Source: Planctomycetes bacterium RIFCSPLOWO2_12_38_17 (GTDB taxonomy: Bacteria > Planctomycetota > Brocadiia > Brocadiales > Brocadiaceae). Taken from it: a stretch of DNA of 12,372 nt. Location: the NCBI GenBank assembly GCA_001830285.1, contig MHYY01000153.1, positions 1-12,372 of the forward strand. The letters run 5' to 3'. Below, piece by piece: positions 7,213 to 12,372 of this stretch. The position numbers were made by a program, and so were the translations under genes. Each line of letters begins with the position of its first letter. The stretch's first letter is position 1. Under the pieces are notes generated by a model. That model saw nothing but the letters and a program-made list of their open reading frames with translations. It made no database searches and was not told where the DNA came from.

Positions 7213-8673
7213 ATGAAAAGAAAAATGATGTTAATTAACCCGCACAACCCTGGTAGATGTGGGGAAGAGAGTATTACAGTAATTGTACAGATGCCTCTGA
7301 ATCTTGCTTATATTGCCGCCCTTACACCTGGTGATTGGGAATTTGATGTCATTGATGAAAACATTGATCTCGCAATGGATAATAATGGTGAAATTACCTT
7401 TGCCCCTGTTGATCTAGTATGTATTACTGCGGTTACCTATCAATCTCCTAGGGCATATAAAATTGCCACTGCATGCAGAAAGAGGGGTATGCCTGTAATT
7501 ATGGGTGGTATACATACCTCTGTAATGACAGAGGAGGCTGTAAATTATGCCGATGCAGTTTTTGTAGGCGAGGCAGAGGATGTATGGCCGCAAGTAATTA
7601 GGGACTTTGAAGCAGGTAAACTGAAAAAGGTTTATAATGGTGGTTTACCCCCCCTATCCTTGATGAAAAAAGTATATCCTAATCGTGAGATCATGAAAAG
7701 GAAATACAATTATAAATTCTCGTCCATCGTAACAACTAAAGGATGTCCAAATTACTGTGACTTCTGCAGCGTTCCAACATTCCAGGGTAGAAAATTCAGG
7801 GAGAGACCATATGAAGATGTGCTTGATGAAATGGCCGCGACGGATTATAAGGGACTGATGCTTGCAGAGGATAATTTCTACGGACACGGAAAAAAGTCAA
7901 ACGAAAGGGCAAGAAATCTTTTTAAAGGGATGGTGGAAAAGGGTATTAAAAAAGATTGGCTGGGATTTACAGCCCTGAACATATCTCAGGATAAAGAAAC
8001 TTTGGATTACATGGCTAAAAGTGGTTGTTTTGGAATGCTTATCGGTATTGAATCAACCAATGAAGCTGTTTTACAGAAGATGAATAAACGTGTAAACCTG
8101 AAATTGGGTACAGATAGTTATTTTGACTGCATCCAAAAGATTCACGACGCAGGATTAGTTGTTTGGGGCTCAGTCGTATTTGGCGCCGATGGTGATGATA
8201 AAGATTCCTTTAAGAGGATGACAGACTTTATACTTGAAAATAATATTGATATTTTGACATTTGGAATAAATTGCCCCTTTCCCAAGACACAATTATATGC
8301 AAGATTGGATTCCGAAAAGAGGATCTTCAGGAAGAATTATCCGGAGGATTGGCAATACTATGATACAGCGCATGTCGTTCACAGATTTGTTGACATGACA
8401 CTCGAAAATTTCATTGATGGTATGCAGTATGTATACGACCATATTTATGCAGGCGATAACTTAAGAACCCGTTTCAGGAACTCAATCAAGACTACAAACA
8501 ACCCAAGAAACTCCATGTTTGCATTCAGGGTAGGCTCTGATTGGAAACAGGTATTTGAGCAGGTATTGCAGAACTTGAAAGAATTATATAATTCTGGTGA
8601 TTATTATGTTGACTGCTATAAGTCAAAAGCTGTAACAGTTGAAAAACCTATCTTGGAAACTGCCACAACATAG
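7213..8673 (+). CDS. Radical SAM enzyme with an N-terminal cobalamin (B12)-binding domain (class B radical SAM)
   Basis: The 486-aa protein has a CxxxCxxC motif in TTKGCPNYCDFCSVP, with Cys codons at 7744-7746, 7756-7758 and 7765-7767. A Rossmann-like B12-binding-type N-terminal domain precedes it (...DLVCITAVTYQSPRAYKIATACRKRGMPVIMGGIHTS...AVFVGEAEDVWPQVI...). TGGAGG (7195-7200) lies upstream of the ATG. The gene starts 9 nt after the preceding stop. Confidence 0.9.
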   Translation: MKRKMMLINPHNPGRCGEESITVIVQMPLNLAYIAALTPGDWEFDVIDENIDLAMDNNGEITFAPVDLVCITAVTYQSPRAYKIATACRKRGMPVIMGGIHTSVMTEEAVNYADAVFVGEAEDVWPQVIRDFEAGKLKKVYNGGLPPLSLMKKVYPNREIMKRKYNYKFSSIVTTKGCPNYCDFCSVPTFQGRKFRERPYEDVLDEMAATDYKGLMLAEDNFYGHGKKSNERARNLFKGMVEKGIKKDWLGFTALNISQDKETLDYMAKSGCFGMLIGIESTNEAVLQKMNKRVNLKLGTDSYFDCIQKIHDAGLVVWGSVVFGADGDDKDSFKRMTDFILENNIDILTFGINCPFPKTQLYARLDSEKRIFRKNYPEDWQYYDTAHVVHRFVDMTLENFIDGMQYVYDHIYAGDNLRTRFRNSIKTTNNPRNSMFAFRVGSDWKQVFEQVLQNLKELYNSGDYYVDCYKSKAVTVEKPILETATT

Positions 8674-8705
8674 TATGTTGATACATAAATAAAGTAATAC
8701 AATAT

Positions 8706-8748
8706 AAAGGCACATCAACAGTTTAATTGATGTACCTTTCTGTATTTT
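8706..8748 (+). terminator. Rho-independent-type terminator ending the lipid operon
   Basis: AAAGGCACATCAA (8706-8718), an 8-nt loop, then TTGATGTACCTTT (8727-8739). This forms a 13-bp stem with one C/A mismatch. A T-rich run, CTGTATTTT, follows. The structure begins 33 nt after the radical SAM gene stop. Confidence 0.6.
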
Positions 8749-8801
8749 GATTAGATTCTCTTATGAGCGATTTCCTCAAGTAGTCAGCAAAAGGACAGGA
8801 C

Positions 8802-8830
8802 TTGTTAACTTAAGTAAAATATCCTAAATT
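8802..8830 (+). promoter_or_regulatory. Candidate sigma70-type promoter for the micro-ORF/lpd unit
   Basis: TTGTTA (8802-8807), a 17-nt spacer, then TAAATT (8825-8830). The site lies just downstream of the operon terminator and 21 nt upstream of the ATG at 8851. The hexamers are weak and the DNA is AT-rich. Confidence 0.3.
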
Positions 8831-8850
8831 AAGGAAAGGGAGGCCAAGTA

Positions 8851-8979
8851 ATGATTGGCAAATTATTATCTTTATCAATGGAAAAATCAATTATTCCTGA
8901 CATCAGTCCAAAGGCAATTTTGATTATTACAATTGCACTTATTTTTGTTATATTGTTCACCTGGAAAAAGGAGGGATAA
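8851..8979 (+). CDS. Putative 42-aa small membrane protein. This micro-ORF is not in the supplied ORF track.
   Basis: The ATG at 8851 follows GGGAGG (8838-8843) after a 7-nt spacer. The translation is MIGKLLSLSMEKSIIPDISPKAILIITIALIFVILFTWKKEG*. It contains one clear hydrophobic helix (AILIITIALIFVILFTW) followed by KK. Its TAA stop (8977-8979) directly abuts the TTG start of lpd at 8980, and the lpd Shine-Dalgarno sequence lies inside its last codons. Confidence 0.4.
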   Translation: MIGKLLSLSMEKSIIPDISPKAILIITIALIFVILFTWKKEG

Positions 8980-10419
8980 TTGCCTGATAGGAACTCAACC
9001 TTTGACCTTGCTATCATTGGTGGAGGTCCAGGTGGTTATGTAGCTGCAATAAAAGCTGCCCAATCAGGATTAAAAACTGCTCTTGTTGAAAAGAATAAAG
9101 TCGGCGGTACATGTTTGCATCAGGGTTGTATCCCAACAAAGGCACTTCTTTACTCTGCCGATCTTTATAAAAAGTTTCAAAGGGCAAATGAATATGGAAT
9201 TGCAACTGATAAATTAAGCTTTGATTATTCACAGTTTCATCGTCGTAAAGAAACCGTTGTTAAGCGCTTATTTCAAGGGGTTCAATTTTTACTAAAAAAG
9301 AACGGTGTCGAGGTTTTCGAAGGAGAAGGGTGTCTTACATCTCCAAATAACATATCTATACGAAAAAGTAAAACAGAAATCGACAAGATAAATGCTAAAT
9401 ATATTATATTTGCAACTGGGTCTATTCCTCTCATACCTATTTCAATTCCTTACGATAAGAAATATATACTTACAAGCGATGATATTTTAGTACTTGAAAA
9501 AATACCGAAGTCCATCATAATTGCAGGCGGTGGTGCCGTAGGGATAGAATTTGCACATCTATTTAATATACTCGGGGCAAAAGTTACAATCATAGAACTT
9601 CTGGACGATATCCTCCCGTCCGAAGATAAAGACATCAGTACCACGTTGAGAAAGATATTTATTAAAAGAGGTATAGATGTCTTCACAGGTACCTCTCTTG
9701 AAAAAGTTGAAATTAATAATTGTGCTAATGTTACAATAAAGAGAAAAATATCCCTACCCCCTATCGGCACCGAGAGTTTTACTTATCAAAATGAGTTTTT
9801 AAAGGTAGATTGCTTGCTCCTCGCATTAGGCAGAACACCCGCATTAAGTAATATTGGCTTAGAAAGTTTATATTTGAATTTTAAAGGAAATAATCTTCAA
9901 ATTAATGAAGTAATGGAAACAAGTCAAAAAGGGCTTTTTGCAATCGGAGACATTACAGGCCCCCCTCTCCTTGCCCATAAAGCCTCAAAACAAGGCTTAA
10001 TTGCTGTAGATTATATTTCAGGAAAGAAACCAATTCCGTTAAATTATCAGAATATCCCTAGGGTAACATACTGTTCTCCACAAGTTGCCAGTATTGGGGT
10101 CACACAGGAAGAGGCAGAAAAGAAAAGATACAAAATAAAAACCGGAAGATTCCCTTTTATAGCTAATAGTAAGGCAATTATAGATGGGGATTATGAAGAT
10201 GGATTTGTGAAAATCATCGCAGATGAAAAACACGGTGAGATTTTAGGACTTCATGCAATAGGACCAAATGTAGGTGAGTTCATATGGGGTATATCTCTTA
10301 CTACTGCACTTGAAGGAACGGCTCATGAACTATCAAATAATATATTTCCCCACCCTACTCTGTCTGAATCTATTTTAGAAGCAGCCCTTGCTGTGGTTGG
10401 TAAACCAATCCATAATTAA
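8980..10419 (+). CDS. lpdA: Dihydrolipoyl (dihydrolipoamide) dehydrogenase, the E3 component
   Basis: The 479-aa protein has the FAD fold FDLAIIGGGPGGYVAAIKAAQSG and the redox-active disulfide GGTCLHQGCIPTKALL. It also has the NAD fold IIAGGGAVGIEFAHLF, the GDITGPPLLAHKA motif and the C-terminal HPTLSE catalytic His-Glu motif. It uses a TTG start at 8980, with AAGGAGGG (8968-8975) just upstream. Confidence 0.93.
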   Translation: MPDRNSTFDLAIIGGGPGGYVAAIKAAQSGLKTALVEKNKVGGTCLHQGCIPTKALLYSADLYKKFQRANEYGIATDKLSFDYSQFHRRKETVVKRLFQGVQFLLKKNGVEVFEGEGCLTSPNNISIRKSKTEIDKINAKYIIFATGSIPLIPISIPYDKKYILTSDDILVLEKIPKSIIIAGGGAVGIEFAHLFNILGAKVTIIELLDDILPSEDKDISTTLRKIFIKRGIDVFTGTSLEKVEINNCANVTIKRKISLPPIGTESFTYQNEFLKVDCLLLALGRTPALSNIGLESLYLNFKGNNLQINEVMETSQKGLFAIGDITGPPLLAHKASKQGLIAVDYISGKKPIPLNYQNIPRVTYCSPQVASIGVTQEEAEKKRYKIKTGRFPFIANSKAIIDGDYEDGFVKIIADEKHGEILGLHAIGPNVGEFIWGISLTTALEGTAHELSNNIFPHPTLSESILEAALAVVGKPIHN

Positions 10420-10492
10420 TCTGTCTAACTATGAACGTTTCTCAGAAATATACAACCCTTATAGAATCAATTAATAAATAATCCAATCAAAA

Positions 10493-12190
10493 ATGAACAA
10501 CAAGGCAAAGATTGCGTATTTTTCAATGGAGATTGGTCTCTCGAACAATATGCCAACTTACAGTGGTGGTTTGGGAGTCCTTGCAGGAGATACTATAAAA
10601 TCAAGCGCTGACCTTAAAATCCCTCTGGTTGCCGTTACATTAATTTCTAAAAAAGGCTTTTTCCGCCAGGATATTGACCCAGAAGGAAGACAGATTGAAT
10701 ATCCCGTGAATTGGGAACCTTCCAAATATTTGATACATTTACCTAAAAAGGTGGATGTGCAAATTGAAGGTCGTAAAGTTTGTATTTATGCGTGGAGTTA
10801 CAAAGTACGAAGTGTTACAGGCGGGGAAGTTGAAATTATATTTTTAGATACAGATAACAAAGAGAATACAACAGAGGATAGAGAAATTACTGCCTACTTA
10901 TATGGCGGTGATGATTGTTATAGACTTAAACAGGAGATTGTGCTTGGTATTGGAGGTGTGCGAATGCTCCATGCACTTGGATTTCATATAAATAAATATC
11001 ATATGAACGAAGGCCACGCCAGTTTCCTTACGCTTGAATTGTTGATAATGAGCAAGAGAGATGTTGAAAGCGTCTGGGACGAAAGGTGGGTATGGGATCT
11101 CGATGCTGTTAAAGATTTATGTGTCTTTACTACTCATACACCGATTGAGACTGGTCATGACAAGTATACTTATGATTTAGTAAAGAAAGTTCTCGGTGAA
11201 ACAGTACCAATTGAGATACTTAAAACACTCGCTGGTGAAAATCAACTTAATATGACATTGCTTGCACTAAATTTGAGTAAATATGTTAATGGTGTAGCAA
11301 AAAAACATGGTGAAGTTTCTAAAAGTTTATTCCCTGGTTACGAGATTAATGCAATTACAAATGGTGTTCATTCTTTCACATGGACATGTGGAAGTTTTGT
11401 GAAATTATACGATAAATATATTCAAGGATGGGCAAATGAACCAGAGTTATTTGTCCGCTCAGAAACCATACCTGATGAAGAATTATGGGAAGCCCATATT
11501 AAAGCCAAGGATGATTTATTATCTTTTGTAAAACAGACTAATGGTATCGAATTAAATAGAGAATCATTAACCATTGGATTTGCAAGGAGATTTACTTCAT
11601 ACAAGAGGGCTGACTTAATTTTTACAAATCTGGAAAGACTTTTAAAAATAGGCGAGAAATGGAGTATACAGATTATTTACGCTGGTAAGGCACATCCAAA
11701 AGATACTCCAGGAAAGGATATAATAAAAAGGATTAATGAAATTGAAAAGACAATCAGGGACAAAATCAGAGTCGTCTTTTTGAAGGATTACAATATTGAT
11801 ATGGCATTAAAACTGATTTCTGGTGTTGACGTTTGGTTAAATACCCCCTTGCGTCCACGAGAGGCATCGGGCACTAGTGGTATGAAAGCTGCCCATAACG
11901 GTGTAATAAATTTCAGCATTTTGGATGGCTGGTGGATCGAAGGACATATTGAAGGCATTACAGGATGGTCTATAGGTCCAAAACCATTTGAAACTTTACT
12001 TACCAACACAAACGATGCAGCCGATGCGGAAGATTTATATAATAAATTAGAAAATACAATTGCGCAGATATATTATAATGATAAAGAACAATGGATAAAA
12101 ATCATGAAGAACTCTATAAGTAAAATTGCTTATTATTTTAACAGTCACCGCATGATGCGCCGGTATGTAACAGAGGCATATCTAAGATAA
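10493..12190 (+). CDS. glgP: Alpha-glucan (glycogen/maltodextrin) phosphorylase, short-form GT35 family
   Basis: The 565-aa protein has the N-terminus IAYFSMEIGL...MPTYSGGLGVLAGDTIKSSADLKIPLVAVTL, followed by HMNEGHASF. The PLP-lysine region PREASGTSGMKAAHNGVINFSILDGWW is also present. All of these are characteristic of the alpha-glucan family phosphorylases. Confidence 0.92.
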   Translation: MNNKAKIAYFSMEIGLSNNMPTYSGGLGVLAGDTIKSSADLKIPLVAVTLISKKGFFRQDIDPEGRQIEYPVNWEPSKYLIHLPKKVDVQIEGRKVCIYAWSYKVRSVTGGEVEIIFLDTDNKENTTEDREITAYLYGGDDCYRLKQEIVLGIGGVRMLHALGFHINKYHMNEGHASFLTLELLIMSKRDVESVWDERWVWDLDAVKDLCVFTTHTPIETGHDKYTYDLVKKVLGETVPIEILKTLAGENQLNMTLLALNLSKYVNGVAKKHGEVSKSLFPGYEINAITNGVHSFTWTCGSFVKLYDKYIQGWANEPELFVRSETIPDEELWEAHIKAKDDLLSFVKQTNGIELNRESLTIGFARRFTSYKRADLIFTNLERLLKIGEKWSIQIIYAGKAHPKDTPGKDIIKRINEIEKTIRDKIRVVFLKDYNIDMALKLISGVDVWLNTPLRPREASGTSGMKAAHNGVINFSILDGWWIEGHIEGITGWSIGPKPFETLLTNTNDAADAEDLYNKLENTIAQIYYNDKEQWIKIMKNSISKIAYYFNSHRMMRRYVTEAYLR

Positions 12191-12192
12191 GC

Positions 12193-12372
12193 ATGCATAA
12201 AATCCTCATAAATGTTAAGGCTTTTATTTTTGACCTTGACGACACACTTTATGATTGTAGTGGTACTCTTGTATTACATGGACGGAAAAAGGTTGCAAGT
12301 AAGATAGCAAATTTAATTAATTGTTCAGAAGAAGATGCATATCTTCTCCAATTTAAAATAGAGGAAGAATAC
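12193..12372 (+). CDS. HAD-superfamily hydrolase. It is partial: only the N-terminal 60 codons are present and the gene runs off the window.
   Basis: The ATG at 12193 lies 2 nt after the glgP stop. The hand translation is MHKILINVKAFIFDLDDTLYDCSGTLVLHGRKKVASKIANLINCSEEDAYLLQFKIEEEY. It contains HAD motif I, DxDxT (FDLDDTLY). The frame is open to the window end. Confidence 0.7.
   Translation, partial: MHKILINVKAFIFDLDDTLYDCSGTLVLHGRKKVASKIANLINCSEEDAYLLQFKIEEEY

Noticed and set aside
2275-8748. Interpreting the operon as an ordinary aromatic type II PKS, an aryl-polyene cluster or a carotenoid locus.
   Set aside because: The window has no cyclase/aromatase, ketoreductase or ACP-linked lipid export genes, which aromatic PKS or aryl-polyene clusters typically carry. 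The CLF-like protein lacks the usual active-site Gln. No phytoene synthase or prenyl diphosphate synthase accompanies the CrtI-like gene. None of these known architectures includes a B12 radical SAM enzyme in this position, as far as I recall.
8829-9017. A 62-aa minus-strand ORF from the track that spans the region upstream of lpd.
   Set aside because: It overlaps the lpd start and its Shine-Dalgarno sequence. The plus strand here has a better-supported micro-ORF (good RBS, a transmembrane helix and stop-start abutment with lpd). The minus-strand ORF has no RBS and no recognisable features.
1-12372. Mobile elements, CRISPR arrays, tRNA or rRNA genes, or a genomic island boundary.
   Set aside because: I found no transposase, integrase or recombinase-like ORFs, no regularly spaced direct repeats, no tRNA-like cloverleaf segments and no long terminal inverted repeats on either strand. 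The genes flanking the operon are housekeeping genes (queCE, lpd, glgP).

Overview
This is a visibly AT-rich bacterial chromosomal window. I found 12 supportable protein-coding genes, two of them truncated by the window edges. I found no rRNA, tRNA, CRISPR array, transposase, integrase or long repeat. On the minus strand at the left lies a queuosine-precursor pair, queC (C-terminus cut off at position 1) followed upstream by queE. Everything else is on the plus strand: a Lys/Glu-rich hypothetical protein (1468-2070); a compact six-gene lipid or polyketide-type operon (about 2275-8748); a 42-codon membrane micro-ORF abutting a stand-alone dihydrolipoyl dehydrogenase (8851-10419); a short-form GT35 alpha-glucan phosphorylase (10493-12190); and the start of a HAD-family hydrolase (12193 to the window end). 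The stand-out is the operon. It encodes a dedicated acyl carrier protein, a FabZ-type dehydratase, an intact FabF-type ketosynthase and a paralogous ketosynthase with all three catalytic residues replaced (chain-length-factor-like). These are followed by a CrtI/phytoene-desaturase-family flavoenzyme and a cobalamin-binding-domain radical SAM enzyme. The operon has a near-consensus sigma70-type promoter in front and a hairpin plus T-tract behind. From memory, this gene combination matches the candidate set proposed for ladderane (fused cyclobutane) lipid biosynthesis in anammox Planctomycetes, which has never been biochemically proven. The chemistry is therefore unresolved and is the best lead in the window. 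The taxonomic origin and the ladderane link are inference only, because I could not run a homology search.
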